A DNA stretch of 64,000 nt, taken from the NCBI GenBank assembly GCA_013265495.1, contig MU058213.1, positions 1,612,001 to 1,676,000 on the forward strand, given 5' to 3'. The notes under the pieces are model-generated. The model was given only the letters and a program-made list of their open reading frames with translations. It searched no databases and was not told where the DNA came from. Positions 1-13,651 of this stretch are shown here, in pieces (the first letter of the stretch is position 1; every line of letters starts with the position of its first letter). Both the position numbers and the translations under genes were made by a program. The stretch comes from Vicugna vicugna (lineage: Eukaryota).

Positions 1-9
1 TTTATTTAA

Positions 10-300
10 AAGTCTAGCTTATTGAGGCATATTTTACATATAGCAAAATTTATCCTTTTAGGTATGTAGCTGTCTAAGTTTTGGGAAATATATAATCATG
101 TATTTTCTACCACAAATAGGATATAGAGTATTTCCAACAATCCAGAAAGTCTCCAGCTATTCCTTTAAAGTCAATTCTCTCTTCCCACTCCCAGCCCCTG
201 ATCTGGTTTTTGTTCCTATACTTTGGCCTTTTCCAGAATATCATATAATACATAGCTTTTTGGGTCTGAGCTCATTTGCTTATCATAATATTTTTGAGAT
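10..300 (-). mobile_element. L1 (L1MB/L1MC-type) 3' UTR fragment
   Basis: agcttattgaggcatattttacatatagcaaaatttatccttttagg...gatatagagtatttccaacaatccagaaagtctcc resembles the reverse complement of old eutherian L1M 3' ends; recognised by eye. Confidence 0.7.
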
Positions 301-966
301 GAAAGTGGCTTTTTGATATTATATAATAAAATGTGTCAACATTTGATATACATGGCTTGGTGAAGCAATATTTTCCAAATGACCAATCCTGTATAGGTAA
401 AAAATCCACCCCAAGTGCAAGATAAACCCATGGGTTTTAATGTACTGAGTAGGAAAAGTTCATTGATAAGGTTTCAGATCCCACACTGCACTGTTACTTG
501 TTGAGTGTAAGTGTAGTATCAGAGAATAGTATTCCTGATTATCTGAAAATGCTATTCAAATATTACTCTCTTCAACTACATACATATCTATGTGGGGCTG
601 GATATTCTTCATATACTTCAGCCAGAATAACATAATCATTCAGATTGAATGCAGAAGCAGATATGAGAATCCAACTGTCTTCTACTAAACCAGACATTAA
701 TGAGGTTTGCAAATTTGCAAAACAATGACAGATACCTTGCTAAATTTGGGGTGGAGAAGTATTTATTTTTATAGATAGATGTCATTCATGTTAATATATA
801 ATATATTCATCATTATTTTAAATAAGTTGATAAATATTTTTACTACTTTTTTTCTAATACAGTAAATATCAAAGTTGTATAATCCACACAAACAAATGAT
901 CTTTGGGTCCTTGATAATTTTTAAGAGAGTAAAAGATCCTGAGACCAAAAAGTTTGCAGGTTGCTG
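301..966 (+). mobile_element. hAT-Charlie DNA transposon (Charlie1-type) 3' portion
   Basis: Contains agattgaatgcagaagcagatatgagaatccaactgtcttctactaaaccagacatt and ends gatcctgagaccaaaaagtttgcaggttgctg, typical of the Charlie1 3' end and TIR. Confidence 0.8.
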
Positions 967-2843
967 ACTTAGGTGGACTGAAAGGTGCCACTGGAGAATG
1001 AGAATAACTGGACAGGGAAGAAGTTGGGAAGCAAATTTCACCTCTGATTCCTTGGCTCGTAGTAAGATCTAAATATATGGTTATGGAATAAACGAAAGTC
1101 AGATCATAAGCCAATGTAGTCAGGTTAATAAATTCAAGAGAATGAAGTCTCTGAAATGAAGAGATTATTTTATCAAGGACCCATCATCCTCACTCAGAAG
1201 GGTTTGGCTGGTTGGTCCAGCTGCTAACATAGTTGATCTGGAAGAGACTAAGGGTGAGCTGTGATTGTGAGCTGTGGCTGATGGTTGGGTTGAGAGACTA
1301 AGCAAACCCTTCAGATACAATGAAATGTCAAATGCTAATAGAGGGGCAGAGCCCAAGGTCTTTGCAGAAGTGACCAGATTTAGGGAGTCAACTGGGAAGG
1401 ATGGAAGGAGTTTGTGTAATGGAAGGACCAGAGTGACTTGGCCAGCTATTGTTTGGACCAGCAGATCTGGATTTGATCTCAGTCAAATAAGGCTTCTTCT
1501 GAGGTTAACATGGTCCTAAATTAGGTTCTACAACAACAGAATCTCAGTGGGATCCCATGGGGAGTAGAGAGATGGCAAATGGAGGTTGGTGGTGGTGCTG
1601 TTGGAGGAGAGACTGGACAGTGTTGGTTAGGAGTTTTCTCCTCCTATTTCCCCTCTCATTTTACCTTTGGTCTAACTCTAGAGGCTGAGTTTTATTGAGT
1701 CTTTGATCTTTACCAGAGGCCAGGAGTCAGGTTTGGTTGGGGTGAAAGGTGGGATGGGACTGGATAGAGTTTCTCAGTGAAAATGAGCTGATCTTGTGCC
1801 GCCAGCTCCAGCCTCCTGACTTGCTCTTACACACTATACACTTACTGCTCAGTTATTATCCTAGGAGACACTTGATTTATTCTGGAGCAGAGAATTTTAA
1901 ATTGTATGCCCAGTGCCACTGTCAAAATCACATCAACGTCTTTTTTATCCTAAAAATGCAATAAACTTTCCTCTAAATTTGTTTTGTTAAAATAAAGGGC
2001 TAGCTTTAAAAAGATTAAGCACAGGTTAACCTAGATTCTTTATTAATATTGTATTTGTGGTGACAGTGCATTACACATAATTCTTTAGGAATTCTATTCT
2101 AATTTAGTAATAATTCATGTCCATGTATTCACTATGACAGCATCATTAATTATGTCTCAGTGAGTATGGAAAATATATAAGCTGTAAATGCTAAGCATTG
2201 CTACAAGTTATGTCAAATTTTGCATGTTACTTAAAATAAGCAGTAGCATCAATACCTTATCTTAATAAGCCGAGGGAGTATCCTAACTTGACAATTTTTT
2301 CTTACAATGTTTGTTGATAAACACAAAACAATATTTACTGTAAGAAATGTAAAGTATAGAATTTGTCCAGAAGAATTTAGCCTGCTTAGCAGGAGCATCT
2401 TATTTGGTTACCTTCTGCTGTCTGCTTCCCGCCTACAGAGTGTGATCTTTTCCCTTCTTCCTCTTCTTAATATCCTGTGAAGGTGCCAATTACCCTGCTG
2501 CTTATCAGTTGAAAACTATGCCTGGTGCAAAGGGAACATCAATTATTTGTGAGCAGAGAGCTAAGCCTGCTAGAATCATAATAAAGGAAGCTGAAGCTTC
2601 TAGCTAAAAGAATATATCCAAAGGTGATGTGTAAACCAAAGAGAGCACATTTTAGAAGTCTAGGCCTCAAAGATAAAATTAGGCCAGATTTGCAGACTTT
2701 AATGCTATATGTAAGTTACAAAAGAATGTGCTAATGTTAATGAAGAAAACTGGTAGGGCATTTTCCTTTAATCCACATGGCTTTTAACATACACTGTGGA
2801 TTTTTTTTATACTATTGACTTTTTCGCCCTGAATTGGAGGGGG

Positions 2844-2867
<24 letters not shown>
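2844..2867. repeat. (GT)12 microsatellite
   Basis: Directly visible. Confidence 0.95.
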
Positions 2868-2874
<7 letters not shown>

Positions 2875-3344
2875 GTTTCCAAATGGTAGCGAAACACCAG
2901 GGAAGTTAGAGCCAAGCTTCCTGACGCTTGTCTTCAATGGTGAACCTTTAAAAATGCATTTGTAAACTTTCTGTGATTGCTATTGCCTTGTAGTTTCAGA
3001 TTGGATTTAACTTTCATTTTAAAAGAGGCATTTAAAGAGGTTGGATGGGTGTGGAAATGTCAAACATTTGTTAACTTGGTTTGGGGAGTTTATTTCCAAT
3101 TCTATGAAGAGTATCCAACTGCCTAGAAAAACTCACATGTCTCTCTCTCCTGATATTCATATAAAATAATTCAACCATTCCACTTAAACTTTCTGATTAA
3201 TGTTATACAGATGCTCACACAAAATCACAAAGATTAGAATATTACTTTTAGAAATGAAGTTGCTTTTATAGGCAGAATGATAATCCTGAATTTGCCACTT
3301 ACCTTTTCTCACTTAGGTAGATGAGGATTACCCTTTGATTTGAT

Positions 3345-3505
3345 TTTTAAATAAACTTTTATTTTAGAATAATTTTCACAGAAGAGTTGCAAAGATAGTA
3401 CAGAGACTCCCCATACCTTCTGCAGCCTGCTCGCCGATTGTTAATGTCTTTCATTACTAAGGAACATTTGTCACAACTAAGAAAGCAATATTGATACATT
3501 ATTAC
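3345..3505 (-). mobile_element. L1MC-type 3' end fragment
   Basis: aaacttttattttagaataattttcacagaagagttgcaaagatagtacagagactccccatacc resembles the L1MC/L1MB terminal 3' UTR in reverse. Confidence 0.7.
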
Positions 3506-3796
3506 CTATTGATTTTTTATTTCCTCTGGGTATTTATAATTTATAGGACACTGCTGCAATATTAGGAATTTCTCCAATGTTCACTTATTATTATATTAAT
3601 TTTTCCAAGTCAATTATGTTTACACAACATCTTACTGTCTTCCAAGTGGATTGATTATTTGCTCTTGATCCTATATGTAACCAAGTCCCTGTGTTTCTCT
3701 CAGCTCCTGAGACCTTCAGGGATGGTCAGATTTACTGAGTGATGTTTTAGTTTCAATACAAGGAGACTGCTAATCAGAAAAGGCCCTTTAAAAATC

Positions 3797-3922
3797 ACCT
3801 CACTTAATTCACATACTTTACAGAGGAGGAAACAGAGGCCTGTCTATGCGAGGTGACTCACCCAAGGTCACATGCCACTGGTGGCAGGGTCTGGACTGAA
3901 GCCCAGCCTCTTAACTCCTCTA
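3797..3922 (-). mobile_element. MIR SINE fragment
   Basis: tttacagaggaggaaacagaggc...gtgactcacccaaggtcacat is the reverse complement of the MIR core. Confidence 0.75.
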
Positions 3923-4129
3923 CATTTATGAGCTCTGATAAAATTTTCACAGTGACGCTTTTATTCTATTTATTATTTATACCCTGCCTACTTTAAAAGA
4001 GAATTGGAGCCAGCTGCTCTGTGATTTACTTTGCTTTGAATGTAATATAGATCCCTGGATCCTTCATGATTTAAGTGGATTCTTAAAAAGTGAATAATAC
4101 TCTCATCTATAATTATTTGATAAAGAATT

Positions 4130-4212
4130 CCTATCACCTAAGTGCCATACTATTGATGCCTTGCACATAGTAGGCACTCAATAAATACAGGTAAAATGAA
4201 CAAATAAATAAT
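4130..4212 (+). mobile_element. L2 3' end
   Basis: tgccttgcacatagtaggcactcaataaatac...aatgaac matches the L2/MIR 3' tail. Confidence 0.65.
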
Positions 4213-4454
4213 GCTAACTTGAGATTGATGAACAAAAGAGTTCACAGTGCAAATATAAGTGTGGCATGGTTGAATGAGTGGAAAGAAATGTGACTTTTTA
4301 TTCTTGGCTCTGAAAAACTCAGGGCTGGGTGAGATGCTGTGACGTGAACAACTATGATTTTGGCTTGTGATTCTCTTATTCAGTTAGATGAGTTGCAAAT
4401 GTGAACATACATCCATGGGGGTCTGATGTGGTAGAAAGTGTTCCAGGTTCTAGA

Positions 4455-4580
4455 TTTGATGTTGAGCAAGTCACTTGCCTTCTCTGAGCCTTAGGTCCCT
4501 CACCTGTCAGAGTCTCTTGGGGTTGTTGCCACTGTTAAACGAGAGTGATAGGAAAGTGCTTTGCAACTGTCACATGTGTT
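4455..4580 (+). mobile_element. MIR SINE fragment
   Basis: ttgagcaagtcacttgccttctctgagccttaggtccctcacctgt matches the MIR core. Confidence 0.65.
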
Positions 4581-5578
4581 ACTTTCTTGTGTAACTTACC
4601 TATGCATAGAGAAAATGTTAAAAAAAAAAAGTGAATAGTTGGAATTGAAAAGGGAAATAAATAGGTATCAGGACAAATTGGTTTTGTAACTCAATTGTAT
4701 GACAGAGAAAACTAATTTAAAAATGCCAGACACTGGGATTTAACACCTGCCTGATAGGAAAAGGGTTATGACCAGGCCAAAGTACCCTGCTAGCAAATTC
4801 TGGCCTACCCTGCCTCAGGTTTATCACTCTGTTATTAGGGAGGGAGTGGAGAAACCATGGTAAGCACAGGAGTGCTCTTTAGGTAAGCTGCAGTGTATAT
4901 TAATAGAAACCTTTTCCAATCAAAACACTCAAGTGACTCTGCACTTCTAAGCCACAACTTCCTTCCAGAGGCCAGACAAAGCTAGGGCCAAATGAGAACC
5001 AGCAGCAGTTGCATAAAAGGGCTGCCAGCATATGATATCGCGAATCTCCCTAAGAGATCTTTGCTCTTACTAGCTGGGACTTGGTTCATTCACTGCTGAG
5101 CTGCCTGGGACAAGACTGAGAAGTGACCTTAGTTTTTTTGCCTTTCTGCTTGTAATTTCTCTCAATATACTCTAGTCTCATACATCTAGGGCCTCTGATA
5201 CCCTGTCTGAGGTAGCTCAGCTTGCAACATAAAAGATACTCTGACGTCCATCTCTTCCTGTCTATACTTTCATTCCTTTTGCCCATTCTACTCCTGGCTG
5301 ATAACTCATTACCTTAGGGCCATCTCCATACTCCAAACCATAAAAACCCAACCCATGTCCACACTGAAAAGAGTTAATAGACCACCATCCTGTGTGATAG
5401 AATGTTCATAGAATTGGTCTGGGAAAAATTTGGAGTTTGGTTTAAGACAGGTTGGTAAATGTAGGATATCCATGTGGATCTGTCCCTTAGATATAGGCTG
5501 ATGATTAGGAAAGGGGCTAAAATGGTTTAGTAGAAGAGAGATTAGACTGACTGTTTGGTCCAAGAGGATGGAAGAGAG

Positions 5579-6049
5579 TGTCAACTTAAAGAAAAGCACA
5601 CAAGTTCTGAGTTTAAGTATTATTCAGTCTTACTTACTGAGACCTATAGCTGGAGAGGCAGCCACTCAGTTGGCTCTGGGGAAACTGCTCTGAAGAGGTA
5701 GGGGAGAAGCCAGTTTGTATATGATTTTTGGCCAGGGAATACATACAGTCAAGCATACACCTTGGTAAAAGATTACTGCTGATCACAAAGAACAGATATC
5801 TGAAGTTAATGATTTTAGTGCTTTCCTATGTATGGGAAGATGCAGTAGTCTGGAGTCACTGAAATTCTTCCTGAGGTATGCATCTAACTGTCTAAGCGCC
5901 TGTTTTTCCAAAGCACAGAGTGCCTCATCCTGTTTTTCATCCTGTTTTTCCTCTCAAGTTTCACTTTTGGTGGGCAACTGCAATGGGCTGCTACTTAACC
6001 CGTGTAGAATTAGGAAGTGAGCAACACTTTTTCTTCTTCTTTGTTCACA
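5579..6049 (-). mobile_element. ERV1 solo LTR, MER41-like (laurasiatherian/artiodactyl type)
   Basis: TG...CA termini (tgtcaact...gttcaca); near-match 4-bp flanks agag/ggag; internal aaagattactgct...gaagttaatgattttagtgctttcctatgtatgggaagatgca is characteristic of MER41-related LTRs. Confidence 0.75.
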
Positions 6050-6266
6050 GGAGTGCTATGGCAAGCCATGAGATCTTTGGCAGGACAAGTAAAGTTCCTG
6101 CTTCCCTATTCATCCTGTAGTTTGATTGATAAAATGCACATATTATTTTAAAATTGCTTTTTATTCAAAGACCTAAAAGGACTTAAAGTTATGAATTTTA
6201 AAATACCTCAATATTTTCTTCTCAAGTGGCCAAAAGGAAAGATCCTTCTTGGCTAACTACTTTTGT

Positions 6267-6575
6267 ATATTCATTCATTTCAACCAACAGGTATTTACTG
6301 TGTGTTCCCTATTTGCCAGACACTGTTCTAAGAAATAGAGATAAAACAACAAACGAAACAGATAAAATCACTGACTTCATGGAACTTACACTAATCAGAG
6401 GAGATAGACAATCAACAGACAGTAGAATAAAAGAGTAAATATATTTCAAAAGGTGGTAAGTGCCCTGGAGAACCACAAAATGATATAAGAGAAACAGGCT
6501 GGGAGTGGAGGTGCTAGTTCATAACAAACTCTCCTAAGGTGATATTTATCAGGGACCTGAAAGAAATTAGAGTTG
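6267..6575 (-). mobile_element. L2 LINE 3' fragment
   Basis: attcattcatttcaaccaacaggtatttactgtgtgttccctatttgccagacactgttcta...cttcatggaacttacact is the reverse of the L2 3' end. Confidence 0.8.
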
Positions 6576-7694
6576 TGACTCGACAGTCTCCTGTCTTCCA
6601 TTAGCCAGCCAGCTGAGGGCATCTTTATCAGGGCTCATGCCACTGAGATCTGAGGCAAAGGTCTAAGAACTGGGCTCCATCCCTTGATTGGTACCTTAAC
6701 TATCCTGCTGCTCAGGATCATTGCTCATTTTCTCTGCTTTGGAGAAAGGTGGAGCATTACTTTGTATACAACTGGAGTTGGGATGAACCTGCTGCTTCAT
6801 ATTTAGGAAGAGAATAACATTTAGTTATACTTTTAGCATGCATTTAGTAATACTTTATTGTCCTGGGACAGTTATGAAATAAGCAGTTGCATAGAAGGAT
6901 TATTCTTCATTGCAAAAGATTTTTCCAAATAGCTTATCCATTTAGTTCCTGAATTTAACTTAATAAAACATTTGGAGTAAAATCTTCCAAGATCATATTG
7001 CACATATATCAGACTTCAAAAACAGTTTATTGGGCAAATTAACTTATTTGTACTGGTACTTCTTTACCAAAGAATTTGAGTCAGCTTACAATATATGATA
7101 AAATACCAAAACATAAATGAGAAATGTAAAATGTAGGACAAAAATAGTGTAAATCTAGAGTAGAAAGTCATGCTCCAAGAAAAAATACTAGAATGAAAAT
7201 GGCTCTAAGGCTCTAAGGCTAAACATTTGGTTCCAAGCTTCCTGGTGGTAAAAGTCAGGTACATCATTTTTATTTGCCAGAAAGGGGAAAAATATACCAC
7301 ATCTCTAAGGAAAGTAAAACATTTCCTAGTATTTATGCTACCAAATGTTTCTCTTGGTGGTAAGTCGAATATAATTTAAGTCCTGTGAATTAAGTTTATT
7401 ACTTTGAATTGCAGCTGTTTATAAATATAATATTTTGAGTAACTATTTAAATTATTTTTTGTGAAATGAAAAGGACCGAGAGTGATATATTTTTGAATTC
7501 TTACATACTATGCTCATTGTCTTTTTTGCTTTTCATTCACTTTTAACCTGTTGGCCATGGCTTTGTCTTGCTGTCTGTCAATGCCTGTGGTTCTAGTAGA
7601 ACATTCTCCTACTTGACTGATTTTTAGCTTCTGATCTGCCGTGCATGGACAGTCTGATAATCATGCTTGCAGAGTTGCATTTTAGAGTAATAAA

Positions 7695-7905
7695 TAACAG
7701 CGATGATAAAAACAATAATACCATTTACCAGAGCTTAACATATAACAGGCAGTGTTCTAAACGCTGGACAATATCACCTCATTTAATCCTATTTATAATT
7801 TGATGAGGGAGAAAAAAATTACTATTTCCATTTTACAGATAAAAAGAAGGCTCAGTAGGGTCACCCAAATTGCTTGCTGTCTAAGAACCCAGGAATCCAA
7901 CTGCA
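7695..7905 (-). mobile_element. MIR SINE
   Basis: caggcagtgttctaaacgct...cctcatttaatcct...ccattttacagataaaaagaaggctcag. Confidence 0.7.
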
Positions 7906-10900
7906 GGGCTAGGGTGTTAGAAATGCTCACAGTGGGATGACCTGATGCTACCTGTTTTTATTTTACAAAGCTCCTCCCCCATCCCACACTTGCTTCTTGT
8001 GTTCTGGATGGTTGCATAGGCTCCTGACAAGTGAGGTGTGTGACTAACTGTTTAGTGCTTATGGGATAAAGGATTTCCTCTGGCAAGAGAAGATGCTGTA
8101 TGAGAGGTAATGAACATCTAAAGCCTGGCCCTAACTGTTTGAATCACAATATCTGAATTCTAATTTCCAATCTTCTATTTATTCACTTCTTTAAATAAGT
8201 ATATTTATCTTCAGATCATGATTCTTTTAGCTATAAAATTTGAGGTTGTAGAGTCTTGTGAAAAGTTGAAATGAGAACAGAAGGAAATACAAAAACATTT
8301 AAAGCACCTAAAATCCCCTCTTTTTCCATTCTGAATAAGGAATTACCATATGTTCTTTGCAGAGGTTTCTATAAATAGAACCTTTTTACTGTTCCAATTT
8401 ACTAAATGAAGCCATCTAATTTTTAAATGTTATTCTTGCCATTTCATATACTTCCTATTACATAAAACATCTTTTGTGTATTAATATTTCTCAACCATTA
8501 TTCTAGTATCCTTTCTATATTGTACTCTGCCCAGGCAGAATTGACCAGCAGTTCAAGAGCATAGCAGAATCCTCCACCTAAATTTAGAAATTGGTAAATA
8601 AAACAAAGATAGGAGCCTCAAAGTCTGCAGTAGTACAGCTGATTATCTTTTTGGCTTTTAAACAAATGTAAATACTCTAAAACTTGCTCTCAGCAAGTAA
8701 CTTCGTAATTAGATTAATGTAATAGCACTTTGTATCACATTTCAGTTGAAGACCTAGAAGGGTTTTTAACAAATGCAAGTGCTTTTTACCTTGGTTCCTG
8801 TAGAAAAGGAGGCTTGATTCATTAGGCTCACATGATGGCCAGTCACATCAAGGCCATTAGGGTTGGTGACTGGCCCCGTATTACCACCACAGACCACATA
8901 TGCCTAGAATTAGCACAACAAATTTTTTTCTACTTTCTGGGTCAGTCCCAGTTTTTGTTTCTAACTTAGTAGTACCTATTACCTAAAAATAGCCCATGGA
9001 ATGTTACCAGTGTATGAAGGTTAATCTTCATACCTCTGAAAGGCTTCTCATCTATAACAGCTGGGGTTTTGTCTTGACCTTAACAGATGCCTTACTTGAG
9101 GACTCAGGCACGTCCGTGAATACAGGATGAACTCAAGAAGAAAGAATTCAAGTATTCAATCAGCAAACTGATAAGAAGGAAAGGGGCTGTATGCTAAAGA
9201 AGAAAGAGGAAAATGAGGAGGGGAAAGACTGTGTGGGATCTATCCTTAATATTGATCTACTGTCTGGCCTTAACTCTCTGAGCCTTGTGACAAACTTGTA
9301 TGCAGAATTTAAGAGCTATTTTCAAGGGAACATGGTCTGGGGTAGTGGCATAAAGAATGTTCTTGGATACCAGGTAACAATGTGGGACTCAGAGTAGACA
9401 GAGGGTCAGCCTCAGCACTGACACACAATGTACATCTGATATCTCAAGGGTTGTTACCTCTGAAAGCATAGGAGTATCTTGGCACAGGTGGCATTGACAG
9501 GGATGAGACCCACTCAAGGGACTTCTCACCATGGGCATTGGTGATGGATCAAGGTGGAAAGAGATGCTGGTAGATGCTTTAATTCTTGAACACCTGTGAG
9601 GCACCTGTGGGGACTTAGACATACTAGGGTGAGACTTCACAGGTGGCTGAAATAACACATGAGCAACTTACAGAAGGAAGAGCTAGAGAAATTTGGGTGC
9701 CTACTATTATCTTGATTATATCATCTGAATTCCTGGGCTGGTGAGGTTTAAAGAAACTCAGGCTTCATATGACAAAATTGATAAAGCAGAGAAAACTATC
9801 TGGTCGTGCTTGACTTAGGCTTTTGGTTTATAAACATAGCAAAGCAAGCCTGCTATTAAAAGAGAAGTGATTGAATGTGTCAGGTTTTCTAGAACAGGGG
9901 AGAACCAGATTTCTCTTTCTGTACTGGAGGCAGGCTGCCCAATTCCTTGCAGGAAGCAGCTCAGCAGGGGCGGGACACAGCAAAGTACTTGATGGCAAAC
10001 CCCACTCTTGCTTGATCTACCCGCAGTTACTAAATGAAGACCAGTTCTCAAGGTTCTGGATTGGTATTAAAGAGTTGGGAAGTTTACTCTTTGGGAAGTA
10101 GATTATAACACACCAGAGGATTTTATAAAAGCCTGGTCAAAGGTAATCATAGCTCCTTGTGCCTCTAGGTGCTCTGCTTGTCAGATTTCCCACTGACACC
10201 CAAGCAAAGGAGAATGAATTTGAGCCCCAGGGATCTAACGAAAGCTTCTCAGGAAAAGTCTTTCAGGTTTCCACTTTCATGTTAAAAATGCTTGTAAAAT
10301 TTTTATTCTACTCCATGATATATTTGTTTTACTTTTGAGCAAAATTGATGTTCCAGAAAAATGTTTATTCAGTGACTTAGCAGAACACTCAGCACGTCCT
10401 TGTGTACCTCTGGTGATATGTTTTATCTGTTTCTCTCTCTCTGTGTGTGTATAGCTAAGATATATATTTATTTATATACCTATGTAAAATGTAGGTACAC
10501 ATATGTTAAAAAATACGTATGTGTCTACTTTTTTTTGTTTTGGTACAAACATTTCAGCAGCAGTGTACCGTGAGGCCATTGCTGAGAGCATAGGTGCTTC
10601 ACTGGTGAGGAGGGGGAGATGCTTCTGGGGATCTTGGTGTAGGCCCCTGGGGATGAGGAAGGTTGATGGAAACAGTCCTGGCTGCCTCTGACAGTGGGAT
10701 ATATTGGCCATGGGGTCTGGTCAGGCCATGCTCCATATGGGAAGGTGCTAGTCAGTCCCAAGGTTCTGGAAGACCAGCTACTTGGTTAACATCTCTTAAG
10801 ATTGGCTTTCCAGTGTGGATCGAAGTGTGCACCCCAGGGAGCAGGAGCAAACAAAAGGAAAGGAGCAGGATGAAAAACAGTAAAAACTTTCTCACTTGAC

Positions 10901-12131
10901 TAAAAAGGGAGACTCTCAGGTACCTGACAAAATAGTTAGACTATGACCACCTGAATTTGATGTAACATGGTTTTTTTTGTTTGTTTGTTTTTTTGGTGAT
11001 GGGGGAGGTCCTGTAGGGAGGTTTTGAGGGTCTTGATGAGACCATATATCAAAGATCAGATTTTATATTAATATTTAAGGTATTTTATATATTGCTCCAA
11101 GAACATTGAAATAGCAATAAAAGAAAAAGGGAATCTACACCCATGTGATGCCAAAGCATTACTGTGTTCCTTTTCTGTTTCTTTTTCATATGTATATATG
11201 GTCACTCTTTTTACTGGGAACATGGTGACCATCTGGAATTCAGCTTTTCTCAGCTAGCTGTACATCATTAATGTTTATTTATTTGTTGCTAATCCTGAGT
11301 TTTTAAAAGCAAAAGATAGGACTATGTCTCCTGAGGTTACATCACCAAGAAATAAGTGCAGAGTGATGGAGGGTGTGGTGAGAGGACTCTGGAAAAGGAA
11401 GAAAGGCAGGTGGGAAGAGCCAAGGCATGGGGAGATTAGGAGGAAGACTGGGCCATATGGTGCTCTTCAGACGCTCCCTATATTTCATACCTTAATTTAA
11501 AATGAATAGTGATAGTGATGCATTTCATGCGGCAACTTATAGTTACTGGGTGCTTGCACATCTGTTTGATCCTCATGGGTCCTTGGGGACACTCAAGGCA
11601 GCCATTTCTTTGCAGGTAAATTTAAAGAGGATTGTACTATATGACATAAATGAATAATTTTGCCCATTGATTAGATTTTAACAAATAAATTTTTTAATCT
11701 ATTTACAAGATGTATCTGCTTTAGTGACTTAGTATTAATACAGTCAAAATGGTAATAAAACTGAATTTGTTGATCTTTATATATATTGGTCAACTTCCTG
11801 ATTGACTGTCGATTCCTAATTTTCCTTTTCTTCATAAATCTTTCAATGAATTCCTACCTAAATATCAATGTAAAAGAGAAAAAAGCGCTATTCCTACATA
11901 TTTAAAAGCACAACCATGTGCTGGGCCCTCTGACTCTTAAAATCAGCCCTGTTCCCGTTCTCATTCAACCTGGATTGGGTTGAAAGGGAGAAATTTACCT
12001 TGTTTTTCTTTCTGCCATTTAGTTTACAAAGGGAGAAAGATACCCTCAGAGCTAGATTCCAAAGCTAAAAAAATGAAGTAGAGGAATCTTAACTTAGTAT
12101 CATCCCCCTTCCCACCAAACGCATCCACACC

Positions 12132-12149
12132 CACACACACACACACACA
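12132..12149. repeat. (CA)9 microsatellite
   Basis: Directly visible. Confidence 0.9.
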
Positions 12150-12336
12150 ATACATCATCCTTTGGCACTGGTGGACCAGGCAGATTTGGGCGCCAATCGC
12201 TGTTCCATCACGTGCTACTATTAACATTTAATGATAAACGGATACCCTCTGGGCCTGTTTTCTCCTTGTTACAACTGGGAATAAATCATCAGGTTGTTGT
12301 GTGCAGTATGTCAAATGATCTATTAGAAGTACCTAC

Positions 12337-12513
12337 TGTGGTCTCAACTCTAGTTTTGCAACCCCACCAATTTGCAAAACTTTAAAATAACAACAGTTAT
12401 CTGGCCCTTCCCAAACTAACTGAGTCACATCATTGTAGCGGGGCTGAGATCTCAAGATTTTGACAAAGCTCTTCAGTCAGTTCTGATGCTCAGCCCAGGC
12501 TGAGAGTCACTGG
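12337..12513. mobile_element. MER5-type hAT MITE (degenerate)
   Basis: tgtggtctcaactct start and acaaagctct...ttctgatgctcagcccaggctgagagtcactg end resemble MER5B termini. Confidence 0.5.
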
Positions 12514-13047
12514 CCCATAGGACAACGCTTCAGCATTGGATTTCACCATTTTTCCACCCTTCCTGCAGAGTTCTCACAGGTGTGTTTCTTACCTAGAAGG
12601 AAAATATAAAATGAACTCATTCATGTGAAAACACTATATGGCACCTAATGTGTTGTATTTTCCAAGAAGGAAGGGAAGGAGGCCTGTTCTGTGTCTGAAC
12701 TCTACTTTCAGGTCACTTAGACAAGGTCCTGACTTCCAGACTTAGGCTGAGTTGGGTGGGGCTCTCTCAGGGGCAGCCTGTTTTCCTCCCAGACACTGGC
12801 AGACTACTGCTGACCTTCAAACTGAGAGTCTTATTTTCTTCATGGTTGTCAGGGGAATAGGTTCCAAAGTTTCCTTTAGTAAACTGCTCTTGTGTTTAAG
12901 ATTTCTTAGTGTCTGAAATGCCTCTTTTATGACAATCTTGAACCCCCTCAAAGTATTTTCATCTTGCTTTTGCCTTTGTGGAAGAACTGCCCTTAGGCAA
13001 AAAATTGAAAAGTAAATCAAATATACATCACCCTCTTTCTTCCAGCC

Positions 13048-13238
13048 TAGTGATTCACAAAGGGAGATCCCTGGACCAATATCATCATAATCACCAGGGA
13101 ATTTGTTAGAAATGCAAAATCTTGGGACCCCACCTCAGAATTACTGAACCAGAAACTCTTTTGGGTTGAGTCCAAAAATCTGTGTTTTTACTAGCAATCC
13201 AGGTAATTCTGATGCAGGCTCATGTTTGAGAATTACTG
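13048..13238 (+). mobile_element. MER5A hAT-Charlie MITE
   Basis: tagtgattcacaaag...catcataatcaccagggaatttgttagaaatgcaaaatcttggg...aggtaattctgatgcaggctcatgtttgagaattactg; about 190 bp with TIR-like ends. Confidence 0.85.
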
Positions 13239-13423
13239 TTCTAAGCTAGATGAACATGGCAGGGATAAAATTGTAGCATTTTTTTATGGTACTGCCAGGG
13301 TTCTCTCCTTGCCCCTCCCTTCTTGCCTCTGATGTCCAGTCAGATCTAAGCCTGTCATTCATTTCGCTTATTAGAATAATGCGTAGAGTTGCAGAAGTAG
13401 AAGAATCAAAGAAAGAACTAGAG

Positions 13424-13643
13424 CAGAGTTTCTTAATAGCAGGATTATTGGCATTTTAGACTGGATAATTCTTTGTTTTGCAGGCGCTATCTTGTGCATA
13501 GTAGGATGTTTATCACCATCTCTGGCCTCTCTATTCACTAGATGCCAGTAGCAGACCTTCCCCAAGCTGTGACAACCAAAAATGTCTGCAGATATTGCTA
13601 AATGTCCCCTGGAGACAAAATTGCCCTTAGTTGAGAACCAATG
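13424..13643 (+). mobile_element. MER20 hAT-Charlie element
   Basis: ttattggcattttagactggataattctttg...gtaggatgtttatcaccatctctggcctct...ctagatgccagtagca...gtgacaaccaaaaatgtctgcagatattgctaaatgtcccctgg...gttgagaaccaatg; full length about 220 bp. Confidence 0.88.
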
Positions 13644-13651
13644 GTCTAAAA

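Noticed and set aside
9012..9033. 22-bp near-perfect palindrome gtatgaaggttaatcttcatac
   Set aside because: About one such match is expected by chance in 64 kb of AT-rich DNA, and there is no supporting context
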